A stretch of 64,000 nt of DNA, from assembly GCF_009914755.1 (NCBI RefSeq), contig NC_060926.1; one strand, 5' to 3'. Positions 1-16,750 of the stretch are shown here, in pieces (the first letter of the stretch is position 1; each line of letters begins with the position of its first letter). Source of the stretch: the human T2T-CHM13v2.0 reference genome, Homo sapiens. Position numbers and translations under genes: made by a program. Under the pieces are notes generated by a model, which was given only the letters and a program-made list of their open reading frames with translations, made no database searches and was not told where the DNA came from.

Positions 1-773
1 AGAGAAGTGCTTAAAGGAGCTGATGGAGCTGAAAACCAAGGCTCGAGAACTACGTGAAGAATGAATGCAGAAGCCTCAGGAGCCAATGCGATCAACTGGA
101 AGAAAGGGTATCAGCAATGGAAGATGAAATGAATGAAATGAAGCGAGAAGGGAAGTTTAGAGAAAAAAGAATAAAAAGAAATGAGCAAAGCCTCCAAGAA
201 ATATGGGACTATGTGAAAAGACCAAATTTACGTCTGATTGGTGTACCTGAAAGTGATGCGGAGAATGGAACCAAGTTGGAAAACACTCTGCAGGATATTA
301 TCCAGGAGAACTTCCCCAACCTAGCAAGGCAGGCCAACGTTCAGATTCAGGAAATACAGAGAATGCCACAAAGATACTCCTCGAGAAGAGCAACTCCAAG
401 ACACATAATTGTCAGATTCACCAAAGTTGAAATGAAGGAAAAAGTGTTAAGGGCAGCCAGAGAGAAAGGTCGGGTTACCCTCAAAGGGAAGCCCATCAGA
501 CTAACAGCAGATCTCTTGTCAGAAACCCTACAAGCCAGAAGAGAGTGGGGGCCAATATTCAACATTCTTAAAGAAAAGAATTTTCAACCCAGAATTTCAT
601 ATCCAGCCAAACTAAGCTTCATAAGTGAAGGAGAAATAAAATACTTTACAGACAAGCAAATGCTGAGAGATTTTGTCACCACCAGGCCTGCCCTAAAAGA
701 GCTCCTGAAGGAAGTGCTAAACATGGAAAGGAACAACTGGTACGAGCCGCTGCAAAATCATGCCAAAATGTAG
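1..773 (+). pseudogene. L1 ORF1p remnant (coiled coil, RRM, CTD); frameshifted
   Basis: Track ORF 54..773 has YVKRPNLRLIGVPE, REKG, ARR and YPAKLS motifs. A 4-nt GAAT duplication at 59-66 creates TGA at 62-64 in the upstream frame. Confidence 0.93.
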
Positions 774-819
774 ACAATCGAGACTAGGAAGAAACTGCAT
801 CAACTAACGAGCAAAATAA

Positions 820-4651
<3,832 letters not shown>

Positions 4652-4885
4652 ACAATGAGATCACATGGACACAGGAAGGGGAATATCACACTCTGGGGAC
4701 TGTGGTGGGGTGGGGGGAGGGGGGAGGGATAGCATTGGGAGATATACCTAATGCTAGATGACGAGTTAGTGGGTGCAGCGCACCAGCATGGCACATGTAT
4801 ACATATGTAACTAACCTGCACAATGTGCACATGTACCCTAAAACTTAAAGTATAATAAAAAATAATAATAATAATAAAAAAAAGA

Positions 4886-5132
4886 AGAAAATTGAAAAAT
4901 TTATTAAAACTAATGATAATGGAAACAACATACAAAAACCAAAACCTATAGGATACAGCAAATGCAGTACTAAGAGGGAAGTTACAGCTATAAATACCTA
5001 CCTTGAAAGAGAAGGAAAACTTCAAATAAACAACCTAATGATGCATCTTAATTAAAAAAGCAAGAGCAAATAAAACCCAAAATTAGTAAAAGAAAAGAAA
5101 TAATAAAGATCAGACCAAAAATAAATGAATTT
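4886..5132 (+). mobile_element. Old L1 (L1MA4-type host) ORF2 fragment, left piece
   Basis: Degenerate match to ORF2 '[30 protein letters not shown]...KEIIKIR' directly after the L1PA2 tail. Confidence 0.8.
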
Positions 5133-8100
5133 GGAGAGGGTGGAGCAAGATGGCAGAATAGAAAGTGCCATCAACCCTCTCCCCATGTCCCCCAGCAATG
5201 ACACCAACTTAACAACCATCTACACAGAAAAAAAACCCCTTCACAAGAACCAAATATCAGGTGAGCACTCATAGCACCTGCTTGTAACTTCAAATTGCTG
5301 AAAAAGGTGCTGAAGAGATAAAATTAAAAAAAAAAAAGTCCAGAAATTGCAGACCCCGCTCCTCCCCTCACCCCCAGCAACAGCATGGTTCAGAGAGTAT
5401 CTCTGGGACCTGGGGCAGGGAAAACACAGAAATTGTGAGCCATTGAATGCAGTGCTGTCCTGTTAGAGCAGAAAGGAAAACTGGACCAAACTCAGCTGAT
5501 GCCCACCCATGGAGGGAGCATTTAAACTAGTCCAATCCCAGCTGTTAAAACTTGAGCTCCTGCAAACCTCACCACCATAAGCTATAGCACTCTGTTTCTC
5601 CAAGTAAACTTGAAAGGCAGTCTAGACTATAAGGACTGCAACTCATAGGTGAGTCCTAGTGATGAAATAGGCCCAGAGACAGTGGACTAGGGGTACATGC
5701 AACATACTGAGACACCAGCTGGGGCAGTCAAGGGAGTGCTTACATCACCCCTCCTTAACCCCCAGGCTGCAGAGATCATGGTTCCAAAAGAGACCCCTTC
5801 CACCTGCTAGAGGAGAAAAGAGGGAAGAGTGGTGAGAACTTTGTCTTGTATCCAGGATACACCCCAGCCACAGCATGATAGGGCACTGGTCAGAGTTGTG
5901 AGGCCCCCATTCCAGGCCTAGCTCCTAGAAAACATGTCTAGACACACCCTGGGACAGAAAGGAACCCACTGCCTTGAAGGAAAGGACCCGGTCCTGCCAG
6001 CATTCATCACCTGCTAACTGAAGAGCCCTTATGCAATGAATAACCAGCAGCAATACCAGGTACTACATCAAAGGCCCTAGCTCTGAGACTTGCTGGCTTC
6101 AGGTGAGACTCAGCACCTAACCAGCTGTGGTGTCTACAGGGCAAAACTTCTGCTTGAGAAGAGCACAGGAAAAAGTAAAGGGGACTTTGTCTTGTACCTT
6201 AAGTACTAAGATTGCTACAGGGAGACAGAAAGCACCAAGTGGGCTCTTGGGGGTGCCTGATTCTAGGACTTCACTCTTGGATGGCATTTCTAGACCTGCC
6301 CTGGGCCAGAAAGGGAGCCCATTGCCATGAATGGTGAGTCCCAGGCTAGGCAGCATTCATGACAACCTAACTTAAGAAACCTGGGGACTTAAGGGAATAT
6401 TGGTGGTAGTCTAGCTGTACTCCTCATGGCCTGGGGTAGCAGTGGCTATGGAGTGAGGTTCCTGTCCCTTTGGAAATGGGAGGGAAGAGTGGGAAGGACA
6501 GCCTTGTGTTGTTTGACTGCCAGGTCAGGCACGATACAATAGAACACTAAGTAGGCCTCTAAGATTTTTGACTCTAGGCCCTGACTACCAGATGGCACTT
6601 CTGGACCCACTTAGGGCTTGTGAGACCTCACCACCCTAAAGGAAAGAACACAGGCCTGGCTGGCTTTGCCACCTGCTGATTGTAGAGCCCCAGGGCATTG
6701 AACACACATAGGCAGTAGCAGGGAGTGGTTACAGCAGGTCTTGAGCAAGACCTAGTGCTGTGCTGGCTTCCGGCCTGACCCAGTGCAGCCATAGTTGCGG
6801 TGGCCATAGAAATGCTTATATCACTTCACCTACAGCTTTAGGTCACTCAGAGCAGAGAGAGAGAGAAAGAGAGAGAGAGACCCCAAACATTCACTATGTT
6901 TGGAAGAAAGTAAGGGGAGGGAACAAGAGTCTCTGCCTCGTAATCCAGAGAATTCTCCCAGATCTTGTCCAAGACAATCAAGGCAGTACCTCTATGAGTC
7001 TGCAAGAACTACAGCATTACTGAACTTGGGGTGTCCCCTAAAGCAAATACAGCTTAGATCACAACATCCAAGTCCTTTTAAATATCTGAAAAGCCTTCCT
7101 AAGAAGAATGGCTACAAATAAGTCCAGACAGTGAAGACTATAATTAATATATGACCCTTCAATGAACAGACAACAAAGATCATCTATTAGCATCCACAAC
7201 ATCCAGGAAAACAAAACACTGTACCAAATGAATTAAATAAGGTACCAGGGACCAATCCTGGAGAAAGAGAGACATGCAACTTTTCAAACAGAGAATTCAA
7301 AACAGCTGTGTTAAGGAAACTCAAAGAAATTCAAGATAACACAGAGAAGGAATTCAAAATTCTATCAGATAAATTTAACAAAGAGACTGAAATAATTAAA
7401 GAGAATTAAGCAGAAATTCTGGAGCTGAAAAATGCAGTTGGCATACTGAAGAATGCATAAGAGTTCTTTACTAACAGTATTGATCAAGCAGAAGAAAGAA
7501 TCAGTGAACTTGAAGACAGTCTAATTGAAAATACACAGAGGAGACAAAAGAAAAACAAAAGCAATGAAACAAGCCTAAAAGATCTAGAAAATAGCCTCAA
7601 CGGGGCAAATATGAGTTATTAGCCTTAAAGAAGAGGGCATCCAAATTGGAAAAAAGGTATTCAAATTATCCTTGTTTGCTGATGATATGATTTGATATTT
7701 TGAAAAACCTAAAGACTTCACAAGAAAACTATGAGAAATAAGCAAATTTAGTAAGGTTGCAGGATGTAAAATCAGCATACAAAAATCAGTAGCATTGCCA
7801 ACAATGAACAATATGAGAAATAAATTAAAAAGGTAGTACCATGTACAACATTCACAACAGCCACAGATAAAATTAAATACCTAGGAATTAACATAACCAA
7901 AGCAGTGAAAGATGTCTATAATGAAAACTATAGAACACTGATAAGGGAAATAGAAGAGGACACCAAAAAATGGAAAAATAGTCCATGTTCATGAATTAGA
8001 AAAATCAATACTGTTAAAATGTCCATACTATCCAAAACAATCTACAGATTCAATGCACTTTCCATCAAAATACCAATGATGTTCTTCACTGAAATAGTAA

Positions 8101-9765
8101 AAATAATCCTAGAATTTATATGAAACCACAAAGACCCAGAAGAGCCAAAGCTGTCATAAGCAAAAAAGAAAAAAAATGTAAAAAATCATATTACTTGACT
8201 TTAAATTATACTACAGAGCTATGGTAACCAAAATGGCATGGTAGTGGCATAAAAGCAGACACATAGATCAGTGAAACAGAATAGACAACCCAGCGATAAA
8301 TCCATACATCTACAGTGAACTTATTTTGACAAAGGTGTCAAGAGCATACATTGGGGAAAGGACAGTCTCTTCAATAAATGCTGCTGGGAAAACTAGATAT
8401 TCATATGCAAAAGAATGAAACTAGACCTCTTTCTTGCTATATATAAAAATCAAATCAAAATGGATTAAAGACTCAAACCTAAGACCTCAAACTATGGAAC
8501 TACTGAAAGAAAACATTGGGGAAAACTCTCCAGGACACTGGATTGGGCAAAAATTTCTTGAGTAATACCCACACGCACAGGCAACCAAAACAAAAACGGA
8601 CAAATTGGATCACATCAAGTTAAAAAGAATCTGCACAGCAAAGGATACAGTCAACGAAGTGAAGAGACAACCCATAGAATGGGAGAAAATATTTGCAAAC
8701 TATCCCTCTGACAGGGGATTAATAACTAGAATATATAAGGAGCTCAAACAACTCTATAGGAAAAATAATCTAATAATCTGATCAAAAAGTGGGCAAGAGA
8801 CTTTAATGGTCATTTCTCAAAAGAAGACATAAAAATGGTAAACAGGTAGATCCTCAACATCACTGATCATCAGAGAAATGCAAATCAAAACAACAATGAG
8901 ATGTCATCTCACTCCAGTGAAAAGAGCTTTTATCCAAAAGTCAGGCAATAACAAATACTGGTGAAGAGAAAGGGAACCCTTGTACACTGTTGGTGGGAAT
9001 GTGAATTAGTACAACCACTATGGAGAACAGTTTGGAGGTTCCTCAAAAAACTAAAAATAGAGTTACCATATCATTCAACAAACCCACTGCTGGGTATATA
9101 CCCAAAAGAAAGGAAATCAGTATATCAAAGAGATATCTGCACTCCATATTCATTGCAGCATATTCACAACTGCAAAGATTTGGAAGCAACCTAAGTGTCC
9201 ATCAGTAGATGAATGGATAAAGAAAATGTGGTACATACACATGATGGAGTACTATTCAGCCACAAAACAGAATGAGGTCCTGTCACTTTTATGTCTCTTG
9301 AATGGAACTGGAGATCATTATGTTTAAGTGAAATAAGTGAGGCACAGAAAGACAAACTTCGCATCAACTCACTTATTTATGAGAGGTAAATATTGAAATA
9401 ATTGAACTCATGGAGATAACAGTAGAAGGATGGTAACCAGAGGATGGGAAGTGTAGTGGGGTAGTTGGGAAGAGGAAGTGGAGATGGTTAATGGGTACCA
9501 AAAAATGCTTAGAAAGATTGAATAAGAACTAGTACTTGCTAGCACAACAGGGTAACTATAGTCAAAAATTATTTGATTGCACATTTTTAAAAACTAAAAG
9601 AATATAATTAGATTGTTTGCAACACAAAGGATTAATGCTTGAAATGATGGATACCCCTCATTTACCCCGATGTGATTATTATGCATTGCATACCTATATC
9701 GAAATATCTCAGGTAACCCATAAATATATACATCTACCATGTACCCACAAAAATTAAAAATGAAA
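5133..9765 (+). mobile_element. L1MA2-type element with intact 5' end and a ~2.6 kb internal ORF1-ORF2 deletion
   Basis: L1 5' start GGAGCAAGATGGCAGAATAG, ~2 kb 5'UTR and ORF1 remnant to 7635. ORF2 resumes at [15 protein letters not shown]1MA2-like 3'UTR ends TGTACCCACAAAAATTAAAAAT. Confidence 0.85.
5146..5154 (+). promoter_or_regulatory. YY1 motif of the L1 internal promoter
   Basis: CAAGATGGC at the canonical position at the L1 5' end. Confidence 0.6.
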
Positions 9766-11805
9766 AACACAAATTCAGTAAAGTTGCAAGATACAAAATT
9801 TAGTAGCATTTATATATGCCAACAGCAAACAATCTGAAAAACAAATCAAGAAAGTAATATCATTTGCAATAGCTACAAAGGATATAAAATATCTAGGTTT
9901 TAATTTAACAAAGAAGTGAAAGATTTATATAAGAAAAATTATAAAACACTGATGAAAGGAGTTGAAGAAGATTCAAAAATTAAAGAAAGATATTCCATGC
10001 TCATGATTGGAAAAATTAATATTGTCAAAATGACAATACTACTGAAAGTAATTTACAGATTCAGTGAAATCCCTATCAAAATACTGATGACATTCTTCAC
10101 TGAAATAGAAAAAACAACCTCAAAAATTTTTATGGTATGGAACCATAAAAGACTCTGAATAGCCAAAGCCAATCCTGAGCAAATAAAAAAAATATGGAGG
10201 TATCACACTACCTGTTATCAAAATGTACTACAAGATTGTAATAACCAAATCAGTATGGAACTGACATTAAAACAGACACATGGATCAATGGAAAAAATAG
10301 AGAACCCAGATTCACACATTTACAGACAACTCATCTTCAACAAAGGTACCAAGAACATGCATTGGGGAAAGGACAGTCCGTTCAATAAATGGTGCTGGGA
10401 AAACTGGATATTCATATGCAAAAGAATGAAACTAGCCTCCTGTCTCTCACAATACACAAAAATCAAATCAAAATGGATTGAGGACTTAAATTTCAGACAT
10501 GAAACTATGACACTACTGGAAGAAAACATTGGGAAAATGCTCCAGGACATTGGTCTGGGCAAAGAATGTATAAGATTTCAAAAGCAAAGGCAATCAAAGC
10601 AAAAACAGACAAATGGGATTACATCAAGCTAAAAAGCTTCTCCACAGCAAAATAAACAATCAACAAACTAAAGACATAACCCACAGAATGTGAGAAAATA
10701 TATGAACGGTCCCCATCTGATAAGTGATTAATAATTAGTATATATAAGGAGCTCACATAACTCAATAGCAAAGACATAAATAATTCAATTAAAAAATGGA
10801 AAAAAGATATAAATAGAAATTGACATTTCCTAAAAGAAGACACACAAATGGCCAACAGGTATATGAAAAAAATGCTCAACATCACACTAATCATTGGAAA
10901 AATGCAAATCAAAACCACAATGAAATATAAATATCTCACCCCAGTTAAAATCGCTTTTATCAAAAAGGATTAACAAGAATGTGGAGAAAGAGAGAACCCT
11001 GGCACATTGTTGACGGGAATGTAAATTAACTATAGCCACTATAGAAAACATCATGGTGTTTCCTCAAAACCCTAAAGATAGAGCTATCATATGATCCAGC
11101 AATTCCACTACTGGGTACAGATCCACAAAGAAAAAGAATTGATGTACTGAAGAGACATCTGCATTCTCACGCATTGCAGCACTATTCAGAATAGCCCAAA
11201 TAGTGAATAAATCTAATTGCCCATCAATTGATAAATGGATAAAGAGAATGTGATATATAAACACAATGGAATATTTCTCATCCATAAAAATGAATGATAT
11301 CCTTTCATTTGCAGCAACATGGATTGAAATGGAGGTCATTATATTAAGTGAAATAAGTCAAGCACAGAAAGACAAATCCCACATGTTCTCACTCATATAT
11401 GGGAGCTACAAAAGTGAATCTCATGAAGATAGAGATTAGATTGGCAGTTACCAGAGGCTGGAAGGATAGGGAGTGTTATATGGGAAGGATGAAGGGAGGG
11501 TGATTAATGGGTACAAATATACAGTTTGATAGAAGAAGTAAGACGTGGTGTTTGATAGATCAATAGGGTGAGTATAATTTATAATAAACTGAGGTAGATT
11601 TCAAAATAGCTCGAAGAGAGTAATTCAAGTGTTTCTATTAATAGCATAAAGAAAAGACAAAAATTTAAGGTGGTGGAGATCCCAGTTACACTGATTTGAC
11701 CGTTACAAATTAGATTAATGTATTAATTTATCACATATACCCCAAAGCTATGTACATCTATTATGTATCAATTTTAAAAAATAAATTAAAATTTCAAAAA
11801 ATTTA
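9766..11805 (+). mobile_element. Old L1 (L1MA4/L1MA4A-type host) ORF2 3' part and 3'UTR
   Basis: ORF2 remnants (INIVKMTILLKVIYRF, KWCWENWI) and an L1MA4-like 3'UTR ending TGTACATCTATTATGTATCAAT plus A-rich tail. Confidence 0.85.
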
Positions 11806-12923
11806 AAAGGCCATATGCAAGCTGTTTTGTATAATACCTCTTTATTACATCTAAATGATGCTTATGTGAAGATTTACATTCTCTATTTGTAATCTATCTC
11901 ATTGTCAGTAATATAATCTTCTTGAAGTCCCATACTTTGAGTTCTATGCACTTACAACTCTAATACACATCTTGGAGCTTTGCACATTACAGATGTACAA
12001 TGAATCTAATTCAGATAACGACATTATTCATTTGGGAGTTATTCTGAATACTTAATTCCAACAAAATACGTGTTTTGTTTTATGGTCTTCATTTATCTCA
12101 CTGGTGTCTTCAGGGAAGGGTAGTGCATTCTCGAAGGAGCCACAGGAATTTATGAGCATTTTAGTGCATGTGCACCAGCAGTCTGCATGTGAATTGAGAG
12201 ACAAAAGAACAGGAAGTCTTGACACACCTGGAGGAGCACTCAGTCTGGTAGAGGAGATGAAAATGCACATGCCAGTTTAGAAAAACAAAACATCTTCCCT
12301 TTTAGTTCTTGAAAAACACAGACTTTAGATCACATTATTGCTTTCAAGGGTTGCACTGAGCAGACATAGCTCTTCAACAAGTACTCCTTTGAGAAATCTC
12401 AGGATGATGCTATCCCCTCAATAATTTAAGTGTTCTATTATGTGGCAACTTATATTTTACTGTTGGGCTTAAAATTTTATATTGCACTTTTTTAAGAGTC
12501 TGGCACTGCACTGCAAAACAGGCAATGTAAAATAGCTTGGATATACTTTCACAATATCAGCGTCACTCTCTCTCCCAAGTGGGAAAGAAGGTGAAATAGG
12601 GTTGTCTTGGTGAATACAGGCCCTAGATCGCCAGAGTGAAATGTGGGGCTTTCCTACATTTATTGCTCTTTATGTCCATAGCCACAAGGCTAGGACCACA
12701 GAACAGACCTAGAAGACCATTTCTAACCCATCAGGAAAGTATCAAAGTCCCAGATAGGAATTAAGGCCGGTATCTGGAGCCAAGGGTCAGTGATAAATGC
12801 CTAAGAAGCAAGGAGTAACAGATCAGGACACAACTCAAGAAGGGAATCAGTGTGAATGCTGGAGATCATTGACGTTGTTTTCAACCATTCCTGGCATTCT
12901 GGAAGTGAGCCAGATTTATTTAA

Positions 12924-13200
<277 letters not shown>

Positions 13201-13264
13201 TATTTAAACAATTTTTAATGAAATAATTAGTTTCTGGAAGGTGGGTTAGCATAATTTCTAGAGC

Positions 13265-13490
13265 CAGGGAGACCAGGTTTCATTCCTACCTTATTTTCTT
13301 AACTGTGTAATCTTGTGAAGAGAAAAAAACAAACAAACAAATATGTAACCTTTCTAAGTTTCAGATTCTTCATCTGTAAAATTAAAATAATAACTAAATT
13401 TCAAGGTTGCTTTATAGTTAAATAAGATAGCACATGTAAAATCGCCTAGTACAATGTTGGGCATATAAAAGGAAATTAATAAATACTATT
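13265..13490 (+). mobile_element. MIR SINE
   Basis: Core TTTCAGATTCTTCATCTGTAAAAT and MIR-like 3' end. Confidence 0.7.
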
Positions 13491-13511
13491 TTCCCAACAC
13501 AGCTTTTATTA

Positions 13512-13790
13512 TTTAAGGTAATGTTAGATGCTATAGCAGATGATTCCCGAATTCTAAGTGGCTTAAGCCAGTGAAAATTATTTGCTCACTCACAACACAA
13601 CCCAATGGCAGCCTTGGTGGTCGGGCAGCCTCCCACAGGGTAATTCAGGGACTCAGGTTTCTCCCATCTGGTGAGGCCACTCTCTCTGAGGTTACTGGTG
13701 TTCCCTGGATTCAGCCAATGCAAGCAAAAGAAAGCTATGGAGAAAGCACACCACTTTTATACATTTTGACCCAGAAGTGACACATCAGTG
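13512..13790 (-). mobile_element. MLT1 (MLT1J-like) MaLR LTR fragment
   Basis: AAGGTAATGTTAGATGCT...AGTGGCTTAA...ATTTGCTCACTCAC...CCCAGAAGTGACACATCA resembles reverse MLT1J. Confidence 0.6.
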
Positions 13791-14004
13791 GCATGTTTCA
13801 GGAACCCTGAGATTTGGAAACTCTGTCCTTATGTAGATGTCTGGCAAAGCTTCACATTGTCCTCTCTGTAGACACAATGTCTTCTTTACTCTGGAATATG
13901 GCACATCTGCTCTGCAGAAGAGCATGACATAGCTCCACCTTTATAATCTCAAATGGGATTAAATTTGCTAGGAAAGAAGTCATCATCTTTCTAAGGCCAT
14001 TGGT

Positions 14005-14473
14005 TGTCATGCATGTCCATATAGAAGACCACCTAAACAGGCTTTGTATAAGCAACAAGACTGTTTATTCACTTGGGTGCAAGTGGGCTGAGTCTGAAAA
14101 GAGAGTCAGGAAGGGAGATAGGAGAGGGGCAGCTTTATAGGACTTGGGTAGGCAGTGGAAAGTTACAGTTGAAAGTGATTATCTGTTGTCAGCAGGGGAG
14201 GGGGTCACAAGGTACATGGTGGGGAGATCACGAGATCCATTGTCCAGGAGAAGAATGTCATAAGATCAATTGATCAGTTAGGGTAGGGCAGGAACAAGTC
14301 ATAATGGTAGAATGTCGTAAGGTTGGTTAATCAGTTAAGACAGAAACTGACTGTTTCACTATTTTTGTGGTTTCACGGCTGCTCCAGACTTCTTGGTTCC
14401 TGCAGGCCATCTGGATGTATACATGCAGGTCACAGGGGTTACAATGGCTTAGTTCCGGCTCAGAGGCCTGACA
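14005..14473 (-). mobile_element. Solo HERV-H LTR (LTR7 family, probably LTR7C)
   Basis: TGTCATG...GACCACCTAAACAGGCTTTG...GCTCAGAGGCCTGACA termini, 469 bp; degenerate 5-bp flanks TTGGT/TTAGC. Confidence 0.9.
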
Positions 14474-14579
14474 TTAGCTTATGTAAACATTCTTGAAAAG
14501 ATAGTCAGAAACGAATTGGCTTTTAATACATGGATATGTCAACATGAGAGATTTAAACATTATATTCCAACACTTCTAA

Positions 14580-14700
14580 TACCTATTTTTGTAGACAAGG
14601 AAACTGAGGTTTTAAAAGCTTACTACCTTCCTGCAGGTCACCTGATGGCAAGTAGTGAGTAGCAAAACCAGAAGTAGAATCTTGATCTCCTTGGTCTCAT
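14580..14700 (-). mobile_element. MIR fragment
   Basis: GTAGACAAGGAAACTGAGG...AGGTCAC reverse core. Confidence 0.6.
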
Positions 14701-14820
14701 ATCAGTTCTTCCAGTGAGGAGTGGCATTTGAGGGCAAAAGCTAATTTTCTACAAATGGCAAGATTAACACTCCAACAGGATGACTTAACTGAAATCACTT
14801 AGTTACTAAGTAACAGAGTT

Positions 14821-15135
14821 GGCCAGGCACGGTGGCTCACGCCTGTAATCCCAGCACTTTGGGAGGGCAAGGCAGGTGGATCATGAGGTCAGGAGTTCGA
14901 GACCAGCCTGGCCGTCATGGTGAAACCCCGTCTCTATTAAAAATACAAAAATTAGCTGGGCGTGGTAGCACACACCTATAATCCCAGCTACTCAGGAGGC
15001 TGAGACAGGAAAATCACTTGCACCCAGGAGGTAGGAGGAGGTTGTAGTGAGCTGAGATTGCATCACTGCACTCCAGCCTGGGTGACAGAGCGAGGCTCCA
15101 TCTCAAAAAAAAAAAAAAAAAAGAAAGAAAGAATA
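14821..15135 (+). mobile_element. AluS (Sg-like)
   Basis: Full dimeric Alu with A/GAAA tail. Confidence 0.95.
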
Positions 15136-15269
15136 AAACAGCCAAGACTTGAATCCTTATTTCAAGACTATTCATACTATTCATACTACCCAACAGGTAG
15201 CCATAGGGTAACCAGGTAGTGGCACAGGTACAGAAACAGCGAATATCCAAGTCCCATTCTCCCATTTCT

Positions 15270-15685
15270 AATAGCTGTTTGAGCCTTGGTCAGTTCTTTA
15301 AGTTTTCTAAACTCAGAATCCTTTTCTACTAAACATGAAAAACAGACCTTCATTTTGAGTTTGTGGTGAGAATTAAAAGGAAATAATGTATTGTAAAGGA
15401 GAAAACATAGTGCCCAATAACACATGGACTCGAGGCTTTGGGATTAAGGACAAGGACATCGAAGGTGTACTATTCTGGCTGCCCAAGCTGTTATTTACTA
15501 GCTATGTGACCATGAGCAGTTGATTTAACACCTCCCTGACTCAGTTAAAGCATCTGTACAAAAGGGATAATAATAGCACCTATATTCCAGGGTTGATGAA
15601 AGAATTAAATACGGTAATACATATAAAGTACCTAGAACAGAACCTGCCATGTAGTAAATGCTCAAAAAGTGTTAGCTTGTATTAT
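15270..15685 (+). mobile_element. Two adjacent MIR fragments
   Basis: GCTATGTGACCATGAGCAG...CTCAGTT...CATCTGTACAAAAGGGATAATAATAGCACCTA...AAAGTACCTAGAACAG. Confidence 0.7.
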
Positions 15686-16329
15686 TAAAGATAGTGTACA
15701 ATTGTTGTCATGCCATCAGTTCTGCTGCTTTAAGGAGCCCCTCTGTTCACAGACCCCTTAGTCTCCTACTAGACTTCAATCAGAGCAACTCAGCTTTTGT
15801 CTTTATTATTAGCTGTCTCTCCATACATGAATTTCCGCCAACAAGGGTTTCTGTGTTAAAAGTAAATAGAAACTACCGCCTTCTGTTCTGGGCTTCTTAA
15901 CTATACTAGAGCTTAGATAAGTCACTCCTACCTCACTGAGCTTCCATTTCTCCATTCGCAAAATGGTAGGAGGTGGTGGGGTGAGTGGGGGGGAATAATA
16001 ACTCTAACTTCTTTCCCCATCACCTCCTATAACATTAAAATTATAAACCTTTGTATCAATACTCCATTAGCCTGTTCTTAGTAATTTACATCTCAGTGGA
16101 ATTCAGGTTGGGGAAGCAGGTGGGGGTGGGGAGTCTAGAGGGAAAGAAGTAGGAAAATGTGAGAAATCTCTCGGAGACAAAAGTGTGAGCAAGCAAAAGA
16201 AGTGGACCCAGAGAGGAACAAGAATATGAAAATCCAACTTCACTGTCTTAGACAAGTCAGTAAGCATAGCTCCTTTGCCATGAAAGACAGGGGAAGCTTA
16301 ATTTTCAACTAGGCTTAAAAAGAAAATCC

Positions 16330-16505
16330 CTTATAATTGTAAAGCATGTATTATTTTTCACATTTTAACCTCTCTGAAGTGCAAAATCATCTTATGCCCA
16401 GCAAGTATATTAATCTAATATTGTTTTGTTTTGTTCATTACAATTGCTGACACTAAATCAATGAAGCATCTTATAATTATGTACTAGACTTATAGAAATA
16501 TAGTA
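16330..16505. mobile_element. Possible MER104/Tc2-type DNA transposon remnant
   Basis: TTTTTCACATTTTAACCTCTCTGAA resembles the MER104 5' region. Confidence 0.35.
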
Positions 16506-16509
16506 ATAC

Positions 16510-16750
16510 ACATACAGTGTCTATAATGTGCCTAGATGCCTTCTCTATGAGATTGCATTTTATCCTCACAACAATCCTATGAATCTGTTATTGTTATTAT
16601 TATTATTATTCCCATGCTACTAGAAAAATTGAAGCTTGGAGAGTTTCTTAAGTTTGACCAAATTGGTAGAAAACTCTTAACCAACAAGATCAAGATCCAA
16701 ACTGAAGATCTCATTCACTCCAAATCTCATACTCTTTCAATTTTACTAAA
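16510..16750 (-). mobile_element. MIR
   Basis: ATCCTCACAACAATCCTATGA...TATTATTCCCAT...GAAAAATTGAAGCTTGGAGAG. Confidence 0.7.

Noticed and set aside
4695-4730. G-quadruplex-forming tract as a novel element
   Set aside because: Standard feature of the L1PA 3'UTR.
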